A stretch of DNA of 64,000 nt from an archaeon (lineage in GTDB: Archaea > Iainarchaeota > Iainarchaeia > Iainarchaeales > 1-14-0-10-31-34), in NCBI GenBank assembly GCA_043815885.1, contig JBDRIL010000029.1, forward strand, positions 1 to 64,000. Reading direction: 5' to 3'. A program made the position numbers and the translations under genes. The first letter of the stretch is position 1. Each line of letters opens with the position of its first letter. The notes under the pieces were generated by a model that did no database searches, was not told the DNA's origin, and saw nothing but the letters and a program-made list of their open reading frames with translations. Positions 27,561 through 37,400 of the stretch are shown here, piece by piece.

Positions 27561-29942
27561 TTATTTCTTTTTGCTTGGTTTTTTCTTTTTTACTTTTTCT
27601 ATTTGTTTTTCTTCCTTGATTAGACTGATTATTTCGTCTGCTGAAGGGATTTTTTCGTCTTTTAATTCCTTTTCCGCCTGTTCGGCCCGCTTCTTTAGCT
27701 TGAATTCATCTAATTTGTATTTATCCAGTGCCTTTTTGTAGTCTTCTCCTGTAATCAACTTTTTTTCCTTCAGTATTTTTAGGTCTCTCAGTGATTTTTC
27801 CCTTGCTGAAAATTCCACTCTCAATCTATCGATTTCAATTGCATGCTTGGACCTGAAACTTATTTCTTTATTCAGTACATCCATTTGTTTCTTGTATCTT
27901 GCCATGAGTTCATCGTGCTTTTCTTCGCTTATCTTTCCATCTGAAAAAGCAGTATCAATCCTTCTCTGCAATGACATCAATCTGTGCAGTTGCCCTTCCA
28001 GGGAATACTTCTTCTTTGAATAAACTCTTGTAAGAATGACTGCTTCCATCATTACAATGAATAAAAGGATAACGAACAGGGAAATGACTCTTGCAAACGC
28101 CTGCTGGTCAAAGGCTTCAGTGAACTGGTATTTCTTTTCTAATTGAGGAAGGCCTCCCTCAGTAACATAGTCTTCCGGAGAGAATTGCTCATAATAAATG
28201 TAAATCTCTTTAGAGACACTGAAAAGGTTTTCTGCCAAGAGAACGAGATTAAAACCGCTCTTGGCTTGTTCTATTGCCTTGCTTCCATAGCCTTCATTGT
28301 AATAGAATTCAGAGGAATTATAGTAGTATTTTGCATGGTCCAAATAAAGCCTGCCCCAGACAAACTTTCTTATTCCCTTTTTTTCTTTCTCCATTTCCCC
28401 TTCCAGATAATCAATTTTTTCCTTTAGCATTGAATGTATTTCACTGAAGTCCTTGTCCTTTAATTTAATATAGGAATCAATTAAAGCAAAGGAAGAAGCT
28501 GAATCAAATGCAGTGGCTAAATACCATCCCATTTCCTGTTCTTTTTTTGCTGCATTAAGCCTTCTCTCTGCATCCCCTAATTCGTCTCCTTCAGCTATAC
28601 TTAACCCGTTTTCAGAATTAACAATGTAATTGCTTGAGAAGTCCTTGAATGCGTCATCCTTCCTTACCTTTGCATTACTTTCAGTGGTTCTTGCATGGAA
28701 TTCCCTTGATGCCTCAAACCATGCAACAGCAAATTCATATTCCTGAATTTTTTTTATTGTTTCAGCTTCACTTATTTCTCCAGTGGTTACATCAACAACT
28801 AAAGTCTTTTCTCCGGTTATTTCATCTATGTTATTCATTGCCCATGCAAGCCTCTGCTGGGCCGCGATATGCCATTCAATTAAATCAATTGGAACAGTCA
28901 TGTCAAGATTGGTTTTAAGGCCCTGGATATTCTTTCTCAAGTCATTTACTTTCAGCTTGAATACCTCTGAATCAGATTGAAGCAATGAAGGATTATCTGC
29001 AATATCCTTTACCATTGAAGCATAAACCTTTGCAATAAATGCATTGTTTGCTGCAGAATACAGGTAATTGTTTTCAAACATTGCCTCTGTTTCCTGAAGG
29101 CTTTGTTCTGCCAGATTAAGTGTTGAAAGAAGGAATGAGATTTCAGCCTGGTCTTCTATTGCAGTGGTTTCCATTGACTTTCTTGCTTGCTCTATTTTTA
29201 CCTTGGTTTCCTCTATAATGTTCGCAGTTATTTCATGCATTGGCCTTAGCTCTTCCACAAAGGCTGTTGGTTCCGGAGAGAATTGTTTTTCTGGAACTGC
29301 CCCTTTATTAATGTCAATCTCCTCCCAATCAGAAAACGCGATTTCCAGTACCTCATCAATTGAATCAACTTCAACCACCTTTATCCCCCATTCCTCAAAA
29401 GCGTGGTCAATCAGGTTAATGTTTTTCACTGAACCTTCTTCCCTGATGATTTGCTTTGCCTCCCCTTTTGGAATCATGAATAAGGTTATTCCTTCCTCTG
29501 AAGCCTTTCTTGTTTTCTGGAAGACGCCTCCAACACTTCCCACTCTGGCGGCCTCTGTAACAGTTCCAGTAATGGATACCTCGCCGCTTAAAGGCAAGTC
29601 CTTGAGCATTGAAATCGTAAGCAATGCCATTGCTGCTCCAGCACTGGGGCCTTCAACAGCAGAAGCACTTGAATCAATATCAAATAAGTAATCATATTTA
29701 TCCACTCCATCAAAGTAATTCTTTGAAACCCTTACTGCAGTCTTTTCAGCACTCTGGGTAGTGGTTCCAACCAATGGAGTTAAATTACTCCAAATCTCTC
29801 CAGTGCCGGGAATAATATTCAAATACAAATCAGCTACAACAGGATTTCCATCAGAGGTAATTGCAAAAATCTTCATATGCCCTTTAGGAAGAACCGCGAA
29901 AGCATTCACTGAAAACAGTAAAAGCAAAAACCAGTAAAACAA
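27561..29942 (-). CDS. Membrane-anchored Lon-like (S16) serine protease without ATPase domain
   Basis: VEGPSAG catalytic Ser, ITGT, VGGVFQK; C-terminal TM; 5' end possibly frameshifted (see findings). Confidence 0.85.
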   Translation of the reverse strand: MFYWFLLLLFSVNAFAVLPKGHMKIFAITSDGNPVVADLYLNIIPGTGEIWSNLTPLVGTTTQSAEKTAVRVSKNYFDGVDKYDYLFDIDSSASAVEGPSAGAAMALLTISMLKDLPLSGEVSITGTVTEAARVGSVGGVFQKTRKASEEGITLFMIPKGEAKQIIREEGSVKNINLIDHAFEEWGIKVVEVDSIDEVLEIAFSDWEEIDINKGAVPEKQFSPEPTAFVEELRPMHEITANIIEETKVKIEQARKSMETTAIEDQAEISFLLSTLNLAEQSLQETEAMFENNYLYSAANNAFIAKVYASMVKDIADNPSLLQSDSEVFKLKVNDLRKNIQGLKTNLDMTVPIDLIEWHIAAQQRLAWAMNNIDEITGEKTLVVDVTTGEISEAETIKKIQEYEFAVAWFEASREFHARTTESNAKVRKDDAFKDFSSNYIVNSENGLSIAEGDELGDAERRLNAAKKEQEMGWYLATAFDSASSFALIDSYIKLKDKDFSEIHSMLKEKIDYLEGEMEKEKKGIRKFVWGRLYLDHAKYYYNSSEFYYNEGYGSKAIEQAKSGFNLVLLAENLFSVSKEIYIYYEQFSPEDYVTEGGLPQLEKKYQFTEAFDQQAFARVISLFVILLFIVMMEAVILTRVYSKKKYSLEGQLHRLMSLQRRIDTAFSDGKISEEKHDELMARYKKQMDVLNKEISFRSKHAIEIDRLRVEFSAREKSLRDLKILKEKKLITGEDYKKALDKYKLDEFKLKKRAEQAEKELKDEKIPSADEIISLIKEEKQIEKVKKKKPSKKK

Positions 29943-30131
29943 ATAATTTCTTCAAAACACTACACCATTCAACAAACAATCCAATTACTATTAATAAATA
30001 AAAAGGAATTTAAATAGTTAATGGATTCCAAGTCCCCTGTTTTCGAGTTAAATTTATTAATTAGAAAAAGCCCTTAACATTCATTCAGTGGAAGCTAAAA
30101 CAAAAAAGAAAGAAAAAGAAAAAGAGGGCTT

Positions 30132-30434
30132 TTAGCCGAATAATGCGCCTAGTCCTGCTGCAGCTTCTTCTTCGGTTTTCTTTTCTTCTTCTTCGGATTT
30201 TTCTTCTTTCTTTGCTTCCCCGCCTGCAGTTTGGGCCGGAGCTGCTGCAACTGGGGCAACTGAAGCTGACTTGATTGCTTCCTCGATGTTTACATCCTTC
30301 AAAGAAGCAACTAAAGCCTTCACCCTGCCTGAATCAGGCTTGATTCCAGCGGCCTCCATTACAGAAGTAACTGACTTCTCGTCAATAGGCTTTTTTGCTG
30401 CATGCAAGAGCATTGCCGAATACACGTACTCCAT
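30132..30434 (-). CDS. rpl12: 50S ribosomal stalk protein P1 (L12)
   Basis: MEYVYSAMLLH, C-terminal GLGALFG. Confidence 0.97.
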   Translation of the reverse strand: MEYVYSAMLLHAAKKPIDEKSVTSVMEAAGIKPDSGRVKALVASLKDVNIEEAIKSASVAPVAAAPAQTAGGEAKKEEKSEEEEKKTEEEAAAGLGALFG

Positions 30435-30466
30435 GAGTCATTCCTCCTTTTCAATTAAAATAAAAA

Positions 30467-31750
30467 TTATTTCTTCTCCTTTTTTTTGGTTTCTTTCTTT
30501 TCTACTGGTTTCTCTTCTTTCTTGGGTTTCTTTTTTGCTTCTTCTTTTTTTCCAGTCTTTTTTTCTTCCATCTTTGGTTTCTCTTCTTTCTCTTTTTCTT
30601 CCTTTGGTTCCTCTTCTTTTGCGCCACTGCTTTTTCTAAAAGCGGTGTCTTCTTTCTTTGGTTTTTCCTTTGCTTCTTTTTCTTCAACTTTAGGTTTTTC
30701 TTTTATTTCTTTTTTCTCCTCGCCTTTCTTCTCTTCTGGCTTCTCCTCTTTTTTTGGGTCTTCCTCGGGTTTCTTTTCTTCTTTTGCGCCACTGCTTTTT
30801 TCAAAAGCGGTGTCTTCCTTTTTCTCTTCTTTAGAGTCTTCTTTCTTTTCTTCAGCTTTCTCTTCTTTGGCTTCCTTTTTTTCCTCTTTAGATTCTTTTG
30901 TTGCTTCGGGTTCCTTCACCATTGATTTCAGTGAATCTGCCTGAAGGTTTGCCTTTCCGAGAAGATTGCTGATTGTTTCCTTGTTGAAGATTTCTGCATC
31001 CAATGCAACACTAAGGGAATCCCTGTATGCCTTGGACAAAAACAGCTTTATTGTGTCTTCATTAGTGTAATAAATATTTAAAGCCAGATTGAGTGAATTC
31101 CTGTAGGCTTGCTGGAAGTCACTGAACAGCTCGTCTATATCAATGTCCATTACTTCTGCCTTGAATATCTCTCCCTTTTCATATACTGCAATTACATTTA
31201 ATCCAACCTTTATTGGCTTAATATTCAGTTTCTGGAGAGTGCCTGAAACAACCTTTGAGATTTCTTCTCCTTTCCTGCATACAGTCTTGTCTTCTGAAAT
31301 AAAGATTGAGCTTCCCTGAATCCTTACCTTTAATCCTGCTCCCTTTAAGTCACTTAGTGCAGGGCCTGGAGGCAAACCAGTATCTCCTGCAGGAACAAGG
31401 ATATCATCAGGGGCAATTATTCCGGGTTTTGCTGAAACCCTTCCTTTATTCTTTTTAATTAAAGCATAGAGTTCAAATGGATTCATTTGAGTGAAGATTA
31501 TTGCAACTGAGCCTTTAACTTCTTCAAGCAATTTGCTTTCCTTTAGCTTTGATTCCTTTAATGCATTTAGTATTACTCTGGTTTTGGAAACCTTTATTAC
31601 TGCTTTATCATGCAATAACTTCCTTATGTCCTGGAAGAGGTTGGCTGGAAATCCAGTAATATCAGCTACAGCAATAACCGGATAACTCTCAATTAACTGT
31701 TTTAATTCAGTTACTTCCTTTTTCTTCCATTCAGTTGTATGACGGGTCAT
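30467..31750 (-). CDS. rplP0: 50S ribosomal protein uL10 (P0) with long Lys/Glu tail
   Basis: WKKKEV, MNPFEL, GDTGLPPGP; position between rpl1 and rpl12. Confidence 0.95.
   Translation of the reverse strand: MTRHTTEWKKKEVTELKQLIESYPVIAVADITGFPANLFQDIRKLLHDKAVIKVSKTRVILNALKESKLKESKLLEEVKGSVAIIFTQMNPFELYALIKKNKGRVSAKPGIIAPDDILVPAGDTGLPPGPALSDLKGAGLKVRIQGSSIFISEDKTVCRKGEEISKVVSGTLQKLNIKPIKVGLNVIAVYEKGEIFKAEVMDIDIDELFSDFQQAYRNSLNLALNIYYTNEDTIKLFLSKAYRDSLSVALDAEIFNKETISNLLGKANLQADSLKSMVKEPEATKESKEEKKEAKEEKAEEKKEDSKEEKKEDTAFEKSSGAKEEKKPEEDPKKEEKPEEKKGEEKKEIKEKPKVEEKEAKEKPKKEDTAFRKSSGAKEEEPKEEKEKEEKPKMEEKKTGKKEEAKKKPKKEEKPVEKKETKKKEKK
30616..30813 (-). repeat. Two in-frame 33-bp palindromic elements (30616..30648, 30781..30813) encoding TAF(E/R)KSSGAK
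   Basis: ACACCGCTTTT-N3-AAAAGCAGTGGCGCAAAAG on the minus strand; 30781..30813 identical to 13350..13382. Confidence 0.9.
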
Positions 31751-32427
31751 TTCTTTTCCACCACTAGAGGATAAATTTTAATCGGAGGGCCCATTGTAAG
31801 CTTAACGAAAACACTCTTCACGTTATTCTTTTTTCCCTCCAACTTTGATTCAATTGCCTCATAGACAGTTAAAATGTTTTCAGTTAATTGTTCGTCAGGC
31901 ATTTTTTCCTTTCCAACAGACAAATGCACTACAGGCATAAACTTTCCCTTTTTATTGGAGATTCTGGTTGAAGTAGCAGCAGATTCAACTAAAGATTTAA
32001 CTGCATTAACGTTTGCCGGTACAGGCTTAGGCATTTTTCCTTTTGGAGCAAGAGCCTGCCCCAAAAACTTTCCAACAGTAATCATTGCAGGGCCTTCTGC
32101 GAGCAATACATCAAAAGAAGCAATTAATTCCTGCAACTTTTTCTTGTTCTTGCTTAAAGCTTCAATCTGTTCTTCCAGTATTACTTCTGCACCGATTTCC
32201 TTCAATTGAGTAGCAAACGGCTTGTCCTTTACAAACACCACAAAAGAACTCTTTCCCTTTGCACCAGTACTGTGAGGCAATTTAACTTCCACATCCAGCC
32301 TGTTCTCTGCCTTCTTGAAGTCAAGCCCCTTAAAGTTAATAGTTAAATCCACTGACTGCTCAAACTTTCTGCTCTTTGACTGGTCCCGAGCCTTCTGCAA
32401 TGCAGCCAATACTTCTTTTTTATTCAC
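31747..32427 (-). CDS. rpl1: 50S ribosomal protein uL1
   Basis: RKFEQSVDL, LGQALAPKGKMP, VKLTMGP. Confidence 0.96.
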   Translation of the reverse strand: MNKKEVLAALQKARDQSKSRKFEQSVDLTINFKGLDFKKAENRLDVEVKLPHSTGAKGKSSFVVFVKDKPFATQLKEIGAEVILEEQIEALSKNKKKLQELIASFDVLLAEGPAMITVGKFLGQALAPKGKMPKPVPANVNAVKSLVESAATSTRISNKKGKFMPVVHLSVGKEKMPDEQLTENILTVYEAIESKLEGKKNNVKSVFVKLTMGPPIKIYPLVVEKK

Positions 32428-32445
32428 TCTAAAAAAACCTCCTGC

Positions 32446-32473
32446 AAAACTTTTCCGAAAAGTTTTATCAAAA
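32446..32473 (+). repeat. Palindromic element AAAACTTTT-N3-AAAAGTTTT-ATCAAAA, copy 2, in the rpl1 leader
   Basis: Matches 17574..17601; both are followed by a CTTCG hairpin. Confidence 0.8.
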
Positions 32474-32554
32474 AACCCTTCGGGATGGCAGTAATAACGG
32501 ATTAAAATTAAGATTTAATAATAAATAAGTGAAAAAAAGGGTTTAAAAAGGGTG

Positions 32555-32911
32555 CTATTTAATGCCGTGCCTTCTCTTCAACAACTCAATCCGCGCTTTC
32601 TGAGCATCACTTAATTGAAATGGTTTTTTAGGCTCCAGACGAATTCTTCTCTCTCTTTCTCTTGATCTTCTCTTAGCATCTTCATAAATCATATCCTTAT
32701 AAAGGTTTTTTGCCTCTCCCTGAATCCTTTCTATTGTTGCAGGAGGAAGCCCGTCAAGCAATGCTGAAATCGTTTCTTGCATTTGTAGTTTGAATCTTCC
32801 TACTATTATCTTAGTTCTGGCTTTCCTTCCAAGTTTAAGCAATTCAAGTTTTAGTCTAAAAATTTGTTCAGCTTTTTCTAGTAATTCCGGAGGCAGAGGT
32901 TCTTTTTCCAT
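32555..32911 (-). CDS. Hypothetical basic protein
   Basis: ORF fills the gap; no recognisable motif. Confidence 0.55.
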   Translation of the reverse strand: MEKEPLPPELLEKAEQIFRLKLELLKLGRKARTKIIVGRFKLQMQETISALLDGLPPATIERIQGEAKNLYKDMIYEDAKRRSRERERRIRLEPKKPFQLSDAQKARIELLKRRHGIK

Positions 32912-32937
32912 TCAAATAAATTAAGAAGGAAGGTAAT

Positions 32938-34185
32938 TTATTTAGTTTTTGTTTGGGGAAGCTTTTTCTCTATTTTTACGCGGAGGATTTTTGGGGTTTT
33001 TACTTTTACTGCAGTGAATTTGTGGTTTCCGACCATTACGCTTTCGCTTTCCTTTGGAAGCCTGTCCAGTTTTTCTATAATAAAGCCGCTGACTGTATCA
33101 AAGTCAATGGAAGAGAACTTGGTTTTAAGTATTGAATTGACTTCCTTTAATGGGATGTTTCCATTTACTTCAATCGTGTTTTCATTGATTTTGTTTATTT
33201 CAGGGACAATGTCTGTTTCATCCACTATCTCTCCAACTATTTCCTCCAGTAAATCCTCTAAAGTAACCACTCCAAGAACTGTTCCGTGTTCGTCTACAAC
33301 TACTGCAATGTGAATGTGTTTTTTCTGGAATTCGGAAAGCAATTTATCTATTTTTTTAGTGCGCGGAACAAACATTACCTCCCGCATTATATCCCTTAAT
33401 CTAGTGTCGGTTTTTCCTTCAGCCAGATAAGTCCAGGCATCCTTTACATAAAATATTCCGATAATCTGTTCAGTGTTTTTTTCGTAAACAGGAATTCTGG
33501 AGAAAGGAGTTTCAGCCAAAAAATCCTTTACCTCTGCAATGGTCTGGCTTGCTTCAAGGCCCTTCATTTCACTTCTGGGAGTCATTACCTCCGAAACCTG
33601 TAAATCATTGAATTTGAATATCTTGTAAATCATTTTCTTTTCCTCTTCCTCTATTGCTCCTTGTTCTGCACCCATTGTAACCATCATTCTGACGTCTTCT
33701 TCTGTCATGGGTTCTTCTCTGGCTCCAATTACCCTGGTAATGAGTCTGGTGATGCCCTGCAATACCCATATAAGCGGAGTTAGAAGAATGGAGAGAAAAT
33801 GAATTATTCTGATTGAAAACAAGGCAATTACTTCAGAGTTCTGTACAGCAATGCTCTTTGGGGTTATTTCCCCAAATACAAGAATAAGAAAAGTCATTAT
33901 TCCCACAGCAATGCTTACTCCATAGCTCTGGAATATATTTAATGCAATAGAGGTAGTGATTGCAGCAGCAGCAACATTCACTACATTATTTCCAACAAGA
34001 ATAGTGATTAAAATCTTGTGAGGGTTCTGCTTGAATTCATTCAATAGTTCAGCGCTTCTGGAACCCTTCTTAAGCAATCGCTTAACCCTCACCCTGCTCA
34101 GAGAAATGAGTGCGGTCTCAACAGAGGAAAAAAATCCGCTCAGGATTAAGAGGACTGCAAGAATAATTAAATTTGTTTCAAGCAT
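32938..34185 (-). CDS. CNNM (DUF21)-CBS-CorC hemolysin family protein
   Basis: SGFFSSVETAL, GNNVVN, FGEITPK, FSRIPVY, VVDEHG, TLEDLLEEIVGEI. Confidence 0.95.
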   Translation of the reverse strand: MLETNLIILAVLLILSGFFSSVETALISLSRVRVKRLLKKGSRSAELLNEFKQNPHKILITILVGNNVVNVAAAAITTSIALNIFQSYGVSIAVGIMTFLILVFGEITPKSIAVQNSEVIALFSIRIIHFLSILLTPLIWVLQGITRLITRVIGAREEPMTEEDVRMMVTMGAEQGAIEEEEKKMIYKIFKFNDLQVSEVMTPRSEMKGLEASQTIAEVKDFLAETPFSRIPVYEKNTEQIIGIFYVKDAWTYLAEGKTDTRLRDIMREVMFVPRTKKIDKLLSEFQKKHIHIAVVVDEHGTVLGVVTLEDLLEEIVGEIVDETDIVPEINKINENTIEVNGNIPLKEVNSILKTKFSSIDFDTVSGFIIEKLDRLPKESESVMVGNHKFTAVKVKTPKILRVKIEKKLPQTKTK

Positions 34186-34338
34186 TTCTAATTCACTTGA
34201 AATAATAAAGCGTTAATTCTTTATAAATTATGCTCTTTTATGTAAAAAAAAGCTTGTCCCTAATGGATTGCAGGTTAGGATTTCTGCGTCTGGGAAAGGG
34301 AAAAATAGGGAAAAATCGTTAAAAAATCGAACCAAATG

Positions 34339-34346
34339 TTTAAATA
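34339..34346 (+). promoter_or_regulatory. Putative TATA box of the nrdR-nrdD operon
   Basis: TTTAAATA with A-rich BRE-like sequence upstream, about 25 bp before NrdR box 1. Confidence 0.55.
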
Positions 34347-34371
34347 TAAGGTGAGGCAATAATATAAAGGC

Positions 34372-34419
34372 ACACAATATATAGTGTGTTTTTGGTGGAG
34401 TAGGCTCAATATACGGGGT
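34372..34419 (+). promoter_or_regulatory. Tandem NrdR boxes (34372..34387 and 34404..34419)
   Basis: ACACAATATATAGTGT matches the NrdR consensus acaCwAtATaTwGtgt; weaker GCTCAATATACGGGGT starts 32 bp later. Confidence 0.85.
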
Positions 34420-34451
34420 TTTTCTGGTATTAATGTTATATAGGTGAGAGA

Positions 34452-37400
34452 ATGAAGTGTCCTTATTGCGGGAGTGAAGAAAGCAAGGTTGTGGATAAGA
34501 GGGAAACAGATGATTTGGTTAGCAATAGAAGGAGGAGAGAGTGCCTTAAGTGCAGTAAAAGGTTCACTACATATGAAAGAATTGAAAGGATTGAATTGAA
34601 TGTAGTGAAAAAGGATGGAAGAAGGGAAGCATTCAATAGGGAGAAACTGATTACTGGGATAACTAAAGCATGCGAGAAAAGGCCTGTTGGAAGGGAAAAA
34701 ATTGAAGCAATAGTGAATGAAATTGAATCAGAACTGCTTCAAAGAAAGGAGACAGAAATTCCTTCAAGAGAGATTGGAGAACTGGTAATGCAGAGACTGA
34801 AGAAACTGGATGAGGTTGCATTCATTAGGTTTGCTTCAGTGTACAAGACTTTTACTGATGTAGCTGAATTTGAGAGAGAGCTGAAAAATTTAAAGGTTGT
34901 AGAGGAAAAGTCCTCAGGAGATTCTACAGATATATTGCTGCAAGTGGCTACTCATGCAGCTGGATCCACAATTGGGTGGAGAAGGAGCAGGATAACTGAA
35001 GCATTAATGAAGGAAGCTGATTTAAGCAAGGACAATGCAGAAGAAATCGCCCAGTCAGTTGAAAAAAAGGTTTTTGCTTCAGGAATAAAGACTATTTCTG
35101 TTTCACTGATAAGGGAATTAGTGGATAATGAATTGTTTGTTAGGGGATATGAGAAGAAGCTGGAGAAACAGGGATTAATTGGAATGCCTTCCTATAATTT
35201 GAATCAATTAATCTATAACATGAGTCTGGAGAACAGCAATGTTCGTTCAAACAGCCCTGAAGCAATTAATTTAGCGATTGCAGAGAATGCATTAAAGCAG
35301 TATGCTTTAAGAGAGATATTTTCGAAAGAAGTATCCAATGCTCACTTAAAGGGAGCACTGCATTTGCATGACTTGGGTTATCCTATCCGCGTGTATTGTT
35401 CAGCGCATTCGCTTGAATTCATTAAAAAATATGGTTTAAGGCTGATCAATCTTTCAACTGCATCTACCCCGGCAAAACACGCCCATACTTTAACTGGGCA
35501 CTTGAATACATTTCTTGCCTCAATGCAGGCATACTATGCTGGAGCATTAGGAATAAGTTTTGTGAACGTATTCTATGCCCCTTACTTTGTCGGAGCCGAC
35601 TACAAGGAAATGAGACAGCAAGCACAATACCTTATTTTTTCGTGTTCACAGAATGCATTCTCTAGAGGCGGACAATCACTTGTTCCTGAGGAAACAATCT
35701 GGGTAAAGGAAGGAGAGAAATTAAAGCAAGCAGGGATAGGGGAATTGGTTGATGAATTTATTGAATTGGATGAGAGAAAGGAAGAATTAATTGACGGGAC
35801 AGAGATAAGCAGGAACAACTTCAAGGGAATTGAAGCAATTTCCTTTGACGAGGAAGGAAAGATTAGCTGCAAGAAGATAAGTGCTTTTGCAAGGATTCCA
35901 TTCAAGGGAAAAATCTATTCAATTACCACGAATAAAGGAGAAGTGAAGGGAGTTACTGGAAGCCATTCAGTGTTTGTATGGAATGGAAGGAAATTTGAAG
36001 CAAAAAAGGCAGAAGAGTTGAGGAGAAATGATTACATTGTAACTGCTTTAAAGGCAAAAGGATTAGTGGGAGAAAGGAATGAACTGGATTTAATTGAATT
36101 TTATTTGAACAGGAAGGAAGCAGAAAACGAGGTAAGGGTCTATGATACAGAGGAAAGATTCAAGAAGGCATTAATGGAGAGATACGGAAGAAGTTTCTAT
36201 AAGGAATTTGAAAAAGATACTGGAGTTAAAGCTGAATGCGTTAGGAGCAATTGGTTGAGATACAAAAAAATTCCGTTAAAGTATTACTTTGAGTTTGTTG
36301 GAAACCCCGAAGAAGAAAAACTGATTTACAAGGGAGACAGCCAGACAGTGTTTCCAGCAAGAAGCAAGGTAACTAAAAGTCTAGTGAAATTGCTTGGATA
36401 TTATGTGAGTGAAGGACACAATAGTCTGAGAAGCAGAAGCTTTATTGCAGTAAGCAATAAGGAAGAAAAATTCATTGAGAGCGTGAAGGAATGCCTGAAT
36501 GAATTGAGTTATCATTACATAGTGAATGAAAATAAAAGGAATGGAGTGAAAACAGTTGTAATTCAAGGCATTCTTGCAAAAATCATTAGTGATTTAGGGG
36601 AAGAGGAAAATGGAGTGAAGAAGATTCCATTCATTATTTATAATGCATCAAAGGAATTGCAGAAAGAATTCCTGAATGCATTCCATGAAGGAGATGGATT
36701 AAAGAGAAGGAACAGTTATGCAATAGCAAATACCTCTGAAAATGTAGTGAATGGAATCTCGCTTCTTATGGCAATGAATGAAAAAGACTTCCATTTATTC
36801 AAGAGAACTTATGCGAATGAAAAATGGAAGCCTTGCTATGAATTAAGGGAATCATTAATGGATAACAGGGTAATAGACCACAAAATAAGCAGGGAATTAA
36901 TTGGAAGAAAAGGGTTTAGAAAGGAATTAAAGAATTTGAGTGCTGACATTGAAAGCAAAGGAGGAACAAAAACTCAACAAATTCAGTTGCTTCAAATGTT
37001 AATGGAAGCAGAGGTTGGGTTTGCAAGAATAAAGGAAATCAATACCTGTGATTATGAGGGATTTGTTTATGATGTAAGTGTTCCGGGAAATGAATCATTT
37101 TTAGGAGGCACTGGATTAATCTTCTTCCATAACACTCTATTTATCGATTTTAATATTCATTTAGGGATTCCTGAATTTTTGAAAAAGGTTCCGGCAATCG
37201 GTCCAGGAGGAAAGTATACTGGAAAGACTTATGAAGAGTATGAAAAGGAAGCTCAATTGTTTGCTAAGGCTTTAATGGATGTATGGAGAGAAGGAGACGG
37301 AGATGGAAAGCCTTTTCCTTTCCCTAAACTGGATCTGCACGTTAATCAGGAAAGCTTTGACGATCCAAGACAGTTTGAGTTATTGAAGTATGCTTGCTTG

